A DNA stretch of 64,000 nucleotides from an uncultured delta proteobacterium (GTDB lineage Bacteria; Desulfobacterota; Syntrophorhabdia; Syntrophorhabdales; WCHB1-27): positions 7,046 to 71,045 of the forward strand of contig CAVVNC010000004.1 of assembly GCA_963749525.1 (NCBI GenBank). Direction: 5' to 3'. Shown here one piece after another: positions 47,610 through 57,634 of the stretch; position 1 is the stretch's first letter, and every line of letters begins with the position of its first letter. The notes under the pieces were generated by a model that had not been told where the DNA came from, searched no databases, and was given only the letters and a program-made list of their open reading frames with translations. The position numbers and the translations under genes were made by a program.

Positions 47610-47690
47610 TTTGAGGGAACGAGCTAAGCGAGGCGCCCCTTTAGCGAGTCTACCTCATCGGGGCAGGCCGGCGACCGGGTGCGGGAAAAG
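47610..47690. repeat. GC-rich REP-like intergenic repeat, copy C
   Basis: CCCCTTTAGC at 47636-45 is identical to 47241-50. The tail GGCCGGCGACCGGGTGCGGGAAAAG matches copy A apart from about 25 nt of indel. Confidence 0.55.
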
Positions 47691-47695
47691 ACAGG

Positions 47696-47941
47696 TCAAT
47701 CCCCTTTGCGCGACGAGAAGCTCTCGTATATCTCGCGTATCGAGACTTCCAGGTCGTGTATCTGCTTTTGCACCTTCTCCGCCAGGGAATCGTCGAAGTG
47801 CGCGACCGTCCCGCATGCATAGCAGCTGTGTGACTTGCCGGGCAGGAATTTCTTGAGATCCAGCATGAACTCCTTCTTGCACTTCGGGCACTGGGGCCTC
47901 ACTTCCACGTAAAGTTGTCTGTCCTTGAACGAGCCGAGCAT
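47696..47941 (-). CDS. small zinc-ribbon protein, hypothetical
   Basis: 81 aa. CPKC...CYAC and a C-terminal helix. AAGGAGG lies 6 nt upstream of the ATG. Confidence 0.6.
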   Translation of the reverse strand: MLGSFKDRQLYVEVRPQCPKCKKEFMLDLKKFLPGKSHSCYACGTVAHFDDSLAEKVQKQIHDLEVSIREIYESFSSRKGD

Positions 47942-48048
47942 TCACAACCTCCTTCTATTCTGGGAAGAGCCGCAGCGAGTCTCCTCAATTCGGGACGAGG
48001 CCGGGTCAGGTGAGGTGAGCGCTTCGGGGAAACGACAAAGAGGAGGCG

Positions 48049-48412
48049 TCACACCCTTCTCTCCCCTTGTTCCGGTGGCTCTTCCCGGACCGGCGCCTGC
48101 ACGTCCCGTATTATCGCGATCTCTTGTTCGATGCGCACTATCTCGGCTTTCATCTGAGAAACGGCATCGAGCCTCTCCTTGAGGTGGGGGAATTCCACGA
48201 CAACCGGCCGTTCTGCGGCATACTCTCGATACACGTGCTCCCCGATCTCGCCATACGTCTTCTGGATTCTCCTCTGGATCCTTATGATGTCCATCTTTCT
48301 TCGCCGCTATCCTGGCCTGCCTTTCCACATTCATGGCGATTCCTTCCGCCGTCTCTTTGAGCGTCTTCAGGCCGTCCCCGGTCTTCTTCATGAAATCGTC
48401 CATCATTGCCAT
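48049..48412 (-). CDS. hypothetical coiled-coil protein, frame broken by 1 nt
   Basis: MAMMDDFMKKTGDGLKTLKETAEGIAMNVERQARIAAKK (from ORF 47942..48412, GAAGGAGG upstream) continues as MDIIRIQRRIQKTYGEIGEHVY... (ORF 48049..48294). Junction at TTT 48296-98 (AAGAAAG on the coding strand). Confidence 0.55.
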
Positions 48413-48470
48413 AATGGCCTCCTTCTCGAGCCTGACGCTGCGTTCGGAACCTACTTCGTCTCCGTCTTTT

Positions 48471-48482
48471 ATAGTATACTAT
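48471..48482. promoter_or_regulatory. perfect 12-nt palindrome ATAGTATACTAT in the divergent relA region
   Basis: Flanked by TCTTTT and CTTTTG. Contains -10-like hexamers on both strands, 17 nt before the relA ATG. Confidence 0.35.
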
Positions 48483-48498
48483 CTTTTGAACGGCAATA

Positions 48499-50634
48499 AT
48501 GATCAGGTTCAACGACATTGTAGAAGAGATGCTCAAGTACAATCCGCAGGCCGATGTGGACATGCTGGAGCGTGCCTACGTGCTCTCCGCGAAGGCCCAC
48601 AAAGGCACGGTGCGACTCTCCGGTGAGCCTTATCTGATCCACCCCCTCGAAGTGGCGTATATCCTCACGAAGATGAACCTGGATGTCCAAGGCGTCGTCT
48701 CGGGTCTCCTCCATGACACGCTTGAAGACTCCTACCTCACCAAGGAAGAGCTGGAAGAGTACTTCGGAACGGAAGTCGCGGAGCTGGTCGACGGAGTCAC
48801 GAAGATAAGCAGGATCAAGATGTCCGCGTCCGAAGACAGGCAGGCGGAGAATCTGAGGAAGATGATCCTGGCAATGAGCAAAGATATCCGCGTCATTCTG
48901 ATCAAGCTGGCCGATCGCTACCACAACATGAAGACCCTCAATTTCCTGCCGCCGGAGAAGCAGGCCGAGATCTCGAGAGAGACCCTCGACATTTACGCGC
49001 CTCTAGCCCACCGCCTTGGCATCGAATGGCTCAGGGGCGAGCTCGAGGACCTCACCTTCAAGTACCTGAAGCCCGTGGAATACAAGGTGATAAGCGAGAA
49101 TATCGCCCGGAAGAAGAGAGAGCGGGACGCCTATATCGCGGAAGTCAAGGATCTCATCAAGAGCCGGCTGGAGCAGTTGTCCGTGAAGTGCGAGGTGTCG
49201 GGCAGGGCAAAGAGGCTTTACAGCATCTACAGGAAAATGATCCAGGACAAGCTCAACATCGACCAGATATATGACATCACCGCCTTCAGGGTGCTCGTAG
49301 GCTCGGTAAGGGAATGCTACGAGGTCCTCGGTTACATACATGACCTCTTCAAACCGATTCCCGGCAAGTTCAAGGACTACATCGCACTGCCCAAGGCGAA
49401 CATGTACCAGTCCCTCCATACCGCGGTGATAGGCCCCTATGGGGAGAAGATCGAGATACAGATCAGGACGCACGAGATGCACAAGCTTGCCGAAGAGGGC
49501 ATAGCGGCGCACTGGAAATACAAAGAAGGAAAGGTTTTTGACGCCAGGGAGGACAAGATGTTCGCCTGGCTCAGGCGCATCATTGAGCGGCAGGAGGAGC
49601 TGAAAGACAACAAGGAGTTCCTGGAGAGCTTCAAGATCGATCTATTCCCCGATGAAATCTACGTCTTCACCCCCCGGGGGGACGTGAAGGAACTGCCGAG
49701 AGAGGCCACCCCTGTGGATTTCGCCTATGCTATCCACTCGGAACTGGGCCACAAGTGCGTAGGGGCTAAGGTGAACGGGAAGCTGATGCCTCTGAGGACC
49801 CTCCTCAAGAGCGGCGATACGGTAGAGATCCTCACGAATCCCACCCACAAACCGAGCAAGGACTGGTTGAAATTCGTCGTCACCTCCAAGGCGAAGACGA
49901 AGATCCGCCAGTGGATAAAGGAGGAGCAGAGGGGCAGGAGCATAGAGCTCGGGAGGTCCCTCATGGAAAAGGAATTGACGAAGCATGACTTCAGCCTGTC
50001 CCAGATGCTGAAGTCGGGTGAAATCCAGGCCCTTGCCAAGGACTTCTCCTTCGAGGCCGAAGATGACCTCTTTGCTGCCGTTGGGTATGGGCTCTATACC
50101 CCCCTTCAGGTCCTGGGCAAAAAGATACCGGAAGCGCCCAAAGTGGGAAGGCTCCAGAAGATCTTGAGCTCCATACGGAAGAGCAAGGATGACGCGATCA
50201 AGATCAAGGGCATCGACGGCCTGGTGGTCAAGTTCGCCAAGTGCTGCAACCCCATACCTGGAGACAAGATCCTCGGATTCATTACCAGAGGGAGGGGGCT
50301 GACGGTCCATCTGGAGGACTGCCCCAACGTACTGGCCTATGACGATCAGAGAAAGGTGGAGGTTTCGTGGGAGTTGGACAAGGAGTATACCTATGCGGTG
50401 AAGCTCCGCATCTCCGGAGACGACAAGAAAGGCCTACTCTCCGACATCAGCTCGGTCATCTCGTCGGGCAAAGCGAACATCGTCCAAGCCCAGGCATTCG
50501 CTTACCCTGACAGGTCGGCCGTCACCGTTTTTGAGGTGGAGCTTCAGAGCGCAGCCCAACTGCAGAAAATCATGAAATCCGTGCTAAAGGTGCGGGGGGT
50601 CAAGTCGGTGGAGAGGCTGAGGAGCAGCAACTAA
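48499..50634 (+). CDS. relA: bifunctional (p)ppGpp synthetase/hydrolase RelA/SpoT (Rel)
   Basis: 711 aa. The N-terminal HD hydrolase domain (HPLEVA...HD) is followed by synthetase, TGS and C-terminal ACT-like domains. Confidence 0.94.
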   Translation: MIRFNDIVEEMLKYNPQADVDMLERAYVLSAKAHKGTVRLSGEPYLIHPLEVAYILTKMNLDVQGVVSGLLHDTLEDSYLTKEELEEYFGTEVAELVDGVTKISRIKMSASEDRQAENLRKMILAMSKDIRVILIKLADRYHNMKTLNFLPPEKQAEISRETLDIYAPLAHRLGIEWLRGELEDLTFKYLKPVEYKVISENIARKKRERDAYIAEVKDLIKSRLEQLSVKCEVSGRAKRLYSIYRKMIQDKLNIDQIYDITAFRVLVGSVRECYEVLGYIHDLFKPIPGKFKDYIALPKANMYQSLHTAVIGPYGEKIEIQIRTHEMHKLAEEGIAAHWKYKEGKVFDAREDKMFAWLRRIIERQEELKDNKEFLESFKIDLFPDEIYVFTPRGDVKELPREATPVDFAYAIHSELGHKCVGAKVNGKLMPLRTLLKSGDTVEILTNPTHKPSKDWLKFVVTSKAKTKIRQWIKEEQRGRSIELGRSLMEKELTKHDFSLSQMLKSGEIQALAKDFSFEAEDDLFAAVGYGLYTPLQVLGKKIPEAPKVGRLQKILSSIRKSKDDAIKIKGIDGLVVKFAKCCNPIPGDKILGFITRGRGLTVHLEDCPNVLAYDDQRKVEVSWELDKEYTYAVKLRISGDDKKGLLSDISSVISSGKANIVQAQAFAYPDRSAVTVFEVELQSAAQLQKIMKSVLKVRGVKSVERLRSSN

Positions 50635-50822
50635 ACCGCTTTCAGGATGCGTCCCTTCTTGATGCACTTCGTGCACACACGCACTCGTTTCGCAGTACCG
50701 TCCTTCATGATCCTGATGCTTTGAAGATTGGGGAGCCACTGCCTTTTCGTCCGGTTGTGCGCGTGGCTGACGTTATAGCCGATTTGCTTTCCCTTGCCGC
50801 ATATCTCGCAGATCCTTGCCAT
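50631..50822 (-). CDS. rpmB: 50S ribosomal protein L28
   Basis: 63 aa, [33 protein letters not shown] upstream. Confidence 0.94.
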   Translation of the reverse strand: MARICEICGKGKQIGYNVSHAHNRTKRQWLPNLQSIRIMKDGTAKRVRVCTKCIKKGRILKAV

Positions 50823-51065
50823 GTTGACTCCTCATTATCGATAAGCCCCTCGGTCAGGGCGGTCTTTCGCAATTGACGAAGCTATCAGAAGCTTCTCAGT
50901 TTAACCGGTCATGCCCGCAATGTCAATAGATTTCGGGCTTCTCGACAGGGCAAGTCCATCCGGAACCCCCATCCGTTCCGCCCCTTGGACCCGAGGCTCT
51001 CTTCGGGGACTGACCCTGGGTTTCAGTACAAGGCTCGGGGCTCTGGGGAGCCCTCGCGTCTCTGT

Positions 51066-51083
51066 TTGTGATAATATGCACAA
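51066..51083. promoter_or_regulatory. CRP/FNR-like palindrome TTGTGA-taatat-GCACAA upstream of the acs -35
   Basis: TGTGA-N6-GCACA, one mismatch from TGTGA-N6-TCACA. Ends 7 nt before the TTGACA box. Confidence 0.45.
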
Positions 51084-51090
51084 TATTTTG

Positions 51091-51119
51091 TTGACAAATT
51101 GCGAGCGTTCGCATAAAAC
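51091..51119 (+). promoter_or_regulatory. possible acs promoter
   Basis: TTGACA, 17 nt, TAAAAC. Confidence 0.45.
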
Positions 51120-51163
51120 TATTAGTGGCTCTCCAGTGGAGATGCGCCCCTTCGGCTCTTCCT

Positions 51164-51186
51164 GATTGTGACAACGTTACACAATC
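51164..51186. promoter_or_regulatory. second palindrome GATTGTG-N9-CACAATC in the acs leader
   Basis: 7-bp perfect arms with the same TTGTG/CACAA core as the site at 51066-83. Confidence 0.4.
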
Positions 51187-51287
51187 TGCTCCCAAAAAAA
51201 GGCCGGGGATGCTCCGCCGGAATCCGAGAAGCTCGGGCCCGCTGTCCTGGCAACGATTAGTTATTATACGAATAGAGGAGGCTTCAC

Positions 51288-53296
51288 ATGGCGGACGACA
51301 AATCTACCATCAGCAGCATGATGGAGGAAACGCGGAAGTTTCCACCTTCAAAAGAATTTGTGGATCAGGCGTACGTTAAGAGCAGGGAACAGTACGAGAA
51401 GATGTGGAAAGAGTCCATCGAGAATCCTGAGAAGTTCTGGGGGGGCGTTGCCAACGACCTCCATTGGTTCAAGAAATGGGACACGGTGAACCAGGAGAAT
51501 TTCGCCAAGGCCGACATCAAGTGGTTTGTCGGCGGCAAGACGAATATCTCCTACAATTGCCTCGACTACCAGATCGAAAAGGGAAAGGGCGACAAGGTGG
51601 CCATCCTGTTCCAGGGTGAGCCCGAGGACGACGTCAAGAAAGTTCACCTACAAGGAGCTGCTCAAGCAGGTCTCCCGGTTCGCCAATGTGCTCAAGAAGA
51701 AGGGCGTGAAGAAAGGCGACAGGGTCGCCATCTATCTGCCCATGATCTCCGAGCTGCCCATCGCCATGCTCGCGTGCGCCCGGATCGGAGCTATCCATAC
51801 CATCGTGTTCGGGGGCTTCTCCGCGGAAGCATTGAGGGACAGGATCCTGGCCGCAGGGGCTGACGTCCTTGTCACGGCGAACGGATACTGGCGCTCCGGC
51901 AAGCATGTGAGCTCCAAGGCGAGCGCTGATTCGGCCTGCGATCTCTGTGAGAAAGAGGGCCACAAGGTCAAGAGCGTGATCGTGGTCAAGAGATTGGATG
52001 GTCTCGATGTGGCGATGAAGGCAGGGAGAGACACCTTCTGGGGCGATGACATGGCGGCCCCGGGAATCGAGGATACCTGCCCCGCCGAGCCGATGGACGC
52101 CGAAGATCCTCTCTTCATCCTCTATACCTCCGGCTCCACGGGAAAACCCAAGGGCGTCCTCCACACGGTGGGCGGCTACATGGTCTTCGTTTACAGTAGC
52201 TTCAAGTACATCTTCGACTACAAGGACAAAGACGTCTTCTTCTGCACCGCTGACATCGGCTGGGTAACGGGTCATTCGTACATCGTTTACGGCCCTCTCA
52301 CGAACGGCGCCACCTCCATCGTCTTCGAATCTGTCCCCACCTATCCTCAGCCCGATCGGTTCTGGCAGATAATAGAGAAGTTCAAGGTCAGCATCTTCTA
52401 CACCGCGCCGACCGCCATCAGGGCTATAGCCAGGGAAGGGGAGCAGTGGCCGGCCAAGAGGGACCTTTCCTCACTTCGGCTCCTTGGCTCTGTCGGTGAG
52501 CCCATCAACCCCGAGGCATGGATGTGGTACCACAAGAACATCGGAAGAGAGAAATGCCCGATCGTCGATACGTGGTGGCAGACAGAGACGGGCGGCATCC
52601 TCATCACACCCCTGCCGGGTGCCTGGCCCACGAAGCCCGGCGCCGCGACCCTCCCGTTCTTCGGCGTCGACGCCGTAGTCTTGAAGCCGAGAAGCTCGGG
52701 CGCTGAGCGTGCCGTCGAGGCAGGCGTGAACGAAGGCGGCGAGCTCTGCATCAGAAGGTCATGGCCGGGCATGATGAGAGGCGTATATAATGATCCCGGA
52801 GCGGTTCTACACGACCTATTTTGTCCAGCAGCCGGGCTTCTATTTCTCCGGGGACGGCGCACGGCGTGATGAAGACGGGTACTTCTGGCTCCTCGGCCGC
52901 GTCGATGACGTGGTCAATGTCTCGGGCCACAGGCTCGGAACAGCCGAGGTCGAGAGCGCCCTCGTGTCCCACCCTGCAGTGGCTGAGGCCGCTGTCGTCG
53001 GCTTCCCCCATGACGTGAAGGGCGAGGACCTCTACGCTTATGTTATCCTCAAGGTGGGCCAGACCGGGAGCGACGACCTGAAGAAACAGCTGGTGGCGCA
53101 CGTGAGAAAAGAGATCGGCCCCATCGCCTCGCCCGGGAAACTCCAGTTCGTCCCGGGTCTCCCCAAGACGAGGTCGGGTAAGATCATGAGAAGGATCCTG
53201 AGGAAGGTCGCCTCCGGAGAGATCGATCAGCTTGGCGATACGACGACCCTCGCCGATCCTTCGGTGGTGGACGAGATCGTGAAGAACAGACTCTAG
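51288..53296 (+). CDS. acs: acetyl-CoA synthetase, two 1-nt frame breaks
   Basis: Three listed ORFs (51288.., 51526.., 52790..) are colinear with Acs. Break 1 is at AAA 51639-41 (restores ...[13 protein letters not shown]). Break 2 is at CCC 52795-97 (restores ...[14 protein letters not shown]...[24 protein letters not shown]). The [12 protein letters not shown]-binding motif and [11 protein letters not shown] are present. Confidence 0.92.
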
Positions 53297-53317
53297 GCAC
53301 ACTGCATACGTCAACCA

Positions 53318-53356
53318 AGAGGGGGCTGCGCGCTTGCGTATGCCCCTCTTTTCTTT
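53318..53356 (+). terminator. intrinsic terminator after acs
   Basis: AAGAGGGGGC / GCCCCTCTT stem with one bulged G, a loop of about 15 nt, then TTTCTTT. Confidence 0.7.
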
Positions 53357-53439
53357 GAGTGCCCGTCTCCTTCCCGCCCGCCGTCCCGAGCGCATTTCCA
53401 AATGCCCTTGCCCCGTCTCTCCTTTGGCATGGGCGCCTA

Positions 53440-53469
53440 TTGACCGTGCCTGAAGGGAGCCCGTATAAT
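53440..53469 (+). promoter_or_regulatory. sigma70-like promoter upstream of the flavoprotein gene
   Basis: TTGACC, 18 nt, TATAAT. Leaves a leader of about 165 nt. Confidence 0.6.
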
Positions 53470-53639
53470 ACGAGCGATCCGCAGAATAAAGTAACCGCTT
53501 GCCCCGGCGTGAATATTTCCTTAAAGCGGAGCATACCTTGCGTCACGAAGGAAAAGCCATCGGAGCCGGTCCGGTCAGCGGGAATGAATTCTGAAGGAAC
53601 GCTATAGTTCAACTCATACATGAGAAAGGAGAGAATGGC

Positions 53640-54185
53640 ATGAAGACCGTTGTCCTCTTCGGGAGTCCTCGGAAAGACGGCAACACCCGACAATTGGTCG
53701 ATGCGTTCGTCGGCGCAATGAAGAAGAAAGGCAATGAGGTGAGGCTCTTCCATCTGAACGACATGAACATAAGACCCTGCCAGGGCTGCCTCTCCTGCGC
53801 CGAAACCGGGCTGTGCCGGATCAATGACGACATGGGGGATATTCGTACGCACATCATGGAGTCGGACGTCGTCGTCTACGCCACCCCTATCTACTGGTGG
53901 TCCCCGTCAGCGCAATTGAAGCTTGCCATGGACCGCTCCATAGCCTTTCTTGACAAGGAGATGAATTCGCGGGTGTCGGGCAAGAAGGCGGTCTCCCTCG
54001 TCTGCTGCGCCGACAATGACAAAGGGACGTGCGGCCCGGTGCGCGAGATCTTCAAAAGGACCTTCGAAGGGTTGGGCATGGAATACGCGGGTCATGTCGA
54101 GGCGCTGGGATGTGAGGAGAAGGGCGCGGTCAGCAAAAAGATGCTCGATGCAGCGGGAAGCCTTGCCCGGTCCCTGCTTTCCTAG
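53640..54185 (+). CDS. flavodoxin-like NAD(P)H-dependent FMN reductase / iron-sulfur flavoprotein family
   Basis: 181 aa. VVLFGSPRKDGNT FMN-binding start, a CQGCLSCAETGLC cysteine cluster and ATPIYWW. Confidence 0.7.
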   Translation: MKTVVLFGSPRKDGNTRQLVDAFVGAMKKKGNEVRLFHLNDMNIRPCQGCLSCAETGLCRINDDMGDIRTHIMESDVVVYATPIYWWSPSAQLKLAMDRSIAFLDKEMNSRVSGKKAVSLVCCADNDKGTCGPVREIFKRTFEGLGMEYAGHVEALGCEEKGAVSKKMLDAAGSLARSLLS

Positions 54186-54297
54186 TCAGACTGGGCCCAA
54201 AGCGCGCCTGTCAGCCGGCCCACCGTGAGCGCCGTCGGCTCTCCTTCGGAGAATTCTCCTCTTCAGCAGATAGAAAAACCCTCTCAGATTGGGTAGA

Positions 54298-55104
54298 ATG
54301 TACCTCACAATGGCCGCTCCCGAAACACGCACCGGCAGGTTCACCCTCTTCTCCTATTCGTCCCTTTTCGAGCCGGCCTCTTTCCTCAAGGCCTTTTCCT
54401 CTGGCGTTGTGATGGAAGGCAAGGGAAGGGGAGGGGTAAAGATCGTCGAAGCATGCGGCTCGAGGCTCGTGGTCCGCAAGTATCTCCACGGCGGCTTTTT
54501 CAGGGCGCTCACACGAGATCTCTTCCTCAACCGGGGGCGGGTGCTCTATGAGGCGGAGATCACGGCGTACCTCCGGGAACAAGGATTTCCCGTTGCAGCG
54601 CCATTCTGTGCCGTGGTGGAGAGGCTCATCGTAGCGAAGCGGCTCTACCTGGTCACCATCCTTCAGGAGAACACTGTCAACCTCCTCGAGTACCTCAAGC
54701 AATGCACGGGAGAGAAGCAAAGGATGAGGGTCGCGATGAAGCTCGCGCGCATCTTGTGGCTTCTTCAGCAGTCAGGCGTTTACCACCCTGATCTCCATCT
54801 GAGGAACGTTCTCGTCACGCCGGAAGGGGGTCTCGTGCTCCTCGATTTTGACAGGGCTCGCAGAAAAACGGTGGACCGCAAGGACATGAAATCGATGTTC
54901 TCGAGGCTCGGACGCTTCGTAAGCAAGATGGAGCGGCAGGGCCGTCTGACCGTCGGCAGCAGGGAAAAGGCCATGTTCTTGCGAGCCTATGCGCGCTTGT
55001 CAGGCTGTGACCTGACCGCGGAGATGGAGCGGTCTTCGCATATGTCCGCGGTCTTTCACCGCCTCGGCTGGCTCACGGAGTCCCTCCTCTACGGAAAGGG
55101 CTAG
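54298..55104 (+). CDS. lipopolysaccharide kinase family protein (Kdo kinase/InaA-like)
   Basis: 268 aa from ATG 54298. Kinase catalytic-loop-like HPDLHLRNVLV and LLDFDRA. Confidence 0.6.
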   Translation: MYLTMAAPETRTGRFTLFSYSSLFEPASFLKAFSSGVVMEGKGRGGVKIVEACGSRLVVRKYLHGGFFRALTRDLFLNRGRVLYEAEITAYLREQGFPVAAPFCAVVERLIVAKRLYLVTILQENTVNLLEYLKQCTGEKQRMRVAMKLARILWLLQQSGVYHPDLHLRNVLVTPEGGLVLLDFDRARRKTVDRKDMKSMFSRLGRFVSKMERQGRLTVGSREKAMFLRAYARLSGCDLTAEMERSSHMSAVFHRLGWLTESLLYGKG

Positions 55105-55163
55105 CGTGGTGCCGGGCGCCCCTTTTCGTGTGAATTTCCAATGCCGTGAAGGGGCCGAAGAGT

Positions 55164-56465
55164 CTATCGCTTTCTGAAGAGGAGTCTTATGGGCGCACCG
55201 CGAAAGCCGTACTTCTCCCTCAGGGCCTTCTCCAGGTGTCTCTTGTAATGCTCAGGGACGCGGTCGGGATAGTTCAAGAAGAGGATGAATGTGGGAGGCA
55301 CCGCATGAAGCTGGCTCACGTAGAATATCTTGACCGGCTTGCCCTCGGGGGAAGGCGGCGATACCCTCTGGGTGAACTCCTCGAAGGCCCTGTTGAGCTT
55401 GGGCGTCGGTATCTTTTTCAAGAGCTGTCCGTGTATGCGCGCGTCGATTGCGAAGATCTGCTCCACGTTCTTTCCGGAGAGGGCCGACGTGAAGATCACG
55501 GGGGCAAAATCCGCGTGGGGCAGCCGCTCTTTCACCATGCTCCTGTATTTGTCTTCGCTCACGCTCTGGTCCATGAGGTCCCACTTGTTTATGACGATCC
55601 CTATGCCTTTTCCCGCGGATACCACAAAGTGGGCGATCGAGGCATCCTGATGGCCGATCCCCTCCCCGCCGTCGATGACCAGGTTGACCACATCGGCCCT
55701 TTCGATGCTCCGCAGCGCGCTCGCCACGGAATACTCCTCGACCTTGAGGGAAATCCGGCTTTTTCTCCTCAGGCCCGCGGTATCGATGATGGTGAAGGTC
55801 TTCTCCCCGTAGCGAACGACGGAGTCGATGGCATCCCTCGTGGTTCCCGGCACGTCGCTCACGATCATGCGGTCCGAGCCGACGAGCTTGTTCACGATCG
55901 ATGATTTGCCCGTATTCGGCCTGCCTACGATTGCGATCTTGATCCCTTCGGCGCGTTCCTCTTCCGCTTCCCCTTCCGAAAGCTGCGCGATGTCGTCGAG
56001 CAGGTCCCCCACGCCGAGCCCGTGGGCGGCACTGACGGCGTAGATCTTGTCCGCGCCGAGGGCATAGAAGTCGGCCAGTTCCCCCTCCCTCTTTTGAGAG
56101 TCCACCTTGTTGACCACGTGGAAGACGGGTCTTCCGTACCGCCGAAGGATCGCCGATATCTCCCGGTCCTCGGGAAGAAGTCCATCTCTCGCGTCCAGGA
56201 GGAATATGATCATCGAGGATTCTTCCACGGCAGCGTATATGTGCTCCTTTACGAGGGAGGTGATCTTCTCTACACCTTCCGGCTCGAACCCCCCCGTATC
56301 GACCAGAAGGAACGACTTCCCCCCGAAATCGAACTCGCCGTAGTTTCGGTCTCTCGTTACCCCCGGAGTGTCTTCAGTGATGGCCTTCCTGCGGCCTATG
56401 ATGCGGTTGAACAGCGTCGACTTGCCTACATTGGGCCTTCCCACTATGCTGATGACGGGCCTCAT
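55164..56465 (-). CDS. der: ribosome biogenesis GTPase Der (EngA)
   Basis: ORF 55164..56831 trimmed to the ATG at 56465 (MRPVISIVGRPNVGKSTLFN). The second G domain has IAIVGRPNTGKSS, followed by a KH-like C-terminus. The ATG overlaps the upstream TGA as ATGA. Confidence 0.93.
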   Translation of the reverse strand: MRPVISIVGRPNVGKSTLFNRIIGRRKAITEDTPGVTRDRNYGEFDFGGKSFLLVDTGGFEPEGVEKITSLVKEHIYAAVEESSMIIFLLDARDGLLPEDREISAILRRYGRPVFHVVNKVDSQKREGELADFYALGADKIYAVSAAHGLGVGDLLDDIAQLSEGEAEEERAEGIKIAIVGRPNTGKSSIVNKLVGSDRMIVSDVPGTTRDAIDSVVRYGEKTFTIIDTAGLRRKSRISLKVEEYSVASALRSIERADVVNLVIDGGEGIGHQDASIAHFVVSAGKGIGIVINKWDLMDQSVSEDKYRSMVKERLPHADFAPVIFTSALSGKNVEQIFAIDARIHGQLLKKIPTPKLNRAFEEFTQRVSPPSPEGKPVKIFYVSQLHAVPPTFILFLNYPDRVPEHYKRHLEKALREKYGFRGAPIRLLFRKR

Positions 56466-57634
56466 GCTGCCTGCCTCTCGGGCGCATACCGGAGTATCAT
56501 GCTCAAGGCGAACGCCGCGAAAGGCAGGACGGCGATCGATTTGAGCGCAGTGTATACGCTGAAATGGTCTGCCACCACCCCGAGAAGGGTGACCCCAATT
56601 CCCCCGGCGCCGATGGCGAACCCCGTCATCAGACCGGACGCTATGCCGAGGTTTCTCGGGAGAAGTTTTTGGGCCATCACGATGGTGACCGAGAAGGTCG
56701 AGGAAATGACCATGCCGAGCGCGAAGAGTACCGCGAGGAGCAGGGCCCCATTCCCCTGCACGAGGAAGACCACGGGGAATATGAGGGCGGAGAGGAGAGA
56801 GCTTCCCCTCACTAAAGGTAGATAGCCCCATCTGTCGGCTATGGGCGCGCCGGCCAGGGTGCCCACGGTTCCTCCCAGGAGGAGGGTGCTGACGAGCTTC
56901 GCCGCAAAGACGGGATCGCCCTTCAGGTAGTTGATGAAGTAGAAAGGAATATAGCTTACGATGCCCATTTGGGTCCAGGACCGCATGAAGACAACGCAGA
57001 TGATGAGAACGAGGGAGGCATGGGAGGACTTTCCGGCAGCCGGTCCCGCGGCATGTCTCGCAGGAGTTCCGCCCCCGGGCAGGGCGATCACCCTTCTCGC
57101 CATAAGTATGGCTGAGGTGAAGACCAAGGAGGGGACCACAAAGACGGGCAGGGAGGAGAAGCCGAGGCGGGTTATGACGAGCATGGCGAGGATGGGGCCG
57201 AGGGCAAAGCCGAGATTGCCTCCCACTGAGAAAATGGACATGCCCGTAGCCGGTCTTTCACCCGTAAAGAACGCCGCGGTCTTGAAGCCTTCCGGATGGT
57301 AGGCGGACACCCCCAGGCCGCCCACGACCACGAGGGCCAGGATAGGAAGCATGTGAGACGGCAGGGAGAGCATGGAGTAGCCTGCCCCTGCCACAAACGC
57401 ACCGATGGGCAGCAGGATCCCCTTCTCCCTCTTGTCCGAAAGGAGGCCGAAAAAGGGCTGGAGGAGGGAAGAGGTAAAATTGGAGACGATGAGGATGACG
57501 CCCGTCAACGTATAGGTGAGGCCGAGGCTCTCCTTCAGAAACGGCAGGATTGCCGGCAAGGCCCCCTGATAGAGATCGACCGTGAGGTGGCCGAGGGCGA
57601 GAAGGATAAGTGCCTTGAGGCTAAACCGTCTCAT
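56462..57634 (-). CDS. MFS transporter (Fsr-like)
   Basis: 390 aa, about 12 TM segments. The N-terminal LGHLTVDLYQGALPAILPFL pattern resembles the fosmidomycin-resistance (Fsr) subfamily. Confidence 0.75.
   Translation of the reverse strand: MRRFSLKALILLALGHLTVDLYQGALPAILPFLKESLGLTYTLTGVILIVSNFTSSLLQPFFGLLSDKREKGILLPIGAFVAGAGYSMLSLPSHMLPILALVVVGGLGVSAYHPEGFKTAAFFTGERPATGMSIFSVGGNLGFALGPILAMLVITRLGFSSLPVFVVPSLVFTSAILMARRVIALPGGGTPARHAAGPAAGKSSHASLVLIICVVFMRSWTQMGIVSYIPFYFINYLKGDPVFAAKLVSTLLLGGTVGTLAGAPIADRWGYLPLVRGSSLLSALIFPVVFLVQGNGALLLAVLFALGMVISSTFSVTIVMAQKLLPRNLGIASGLMTGFAIGAGGIGVTLLGVVADHFSVYTALKSIAVLPFAAFALSMILRYAPERQAA

Noticed and set aside
47195-47690. Possibility that the two repeat copies are a CRISPR array.
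   Set aside because: Only two degenerate copies about 400 nt apart, with indels, no regular spacing and no cas genes.
53476-53639. Partial resemblance of the flavoprotein leader (GGAAAAGCC...CCGG) to a GEMM/c-di-GMP-I riboswitch.
   Set aside because: Only a few scattered matching bases. The paired-helix architecture could not be reconstructed.
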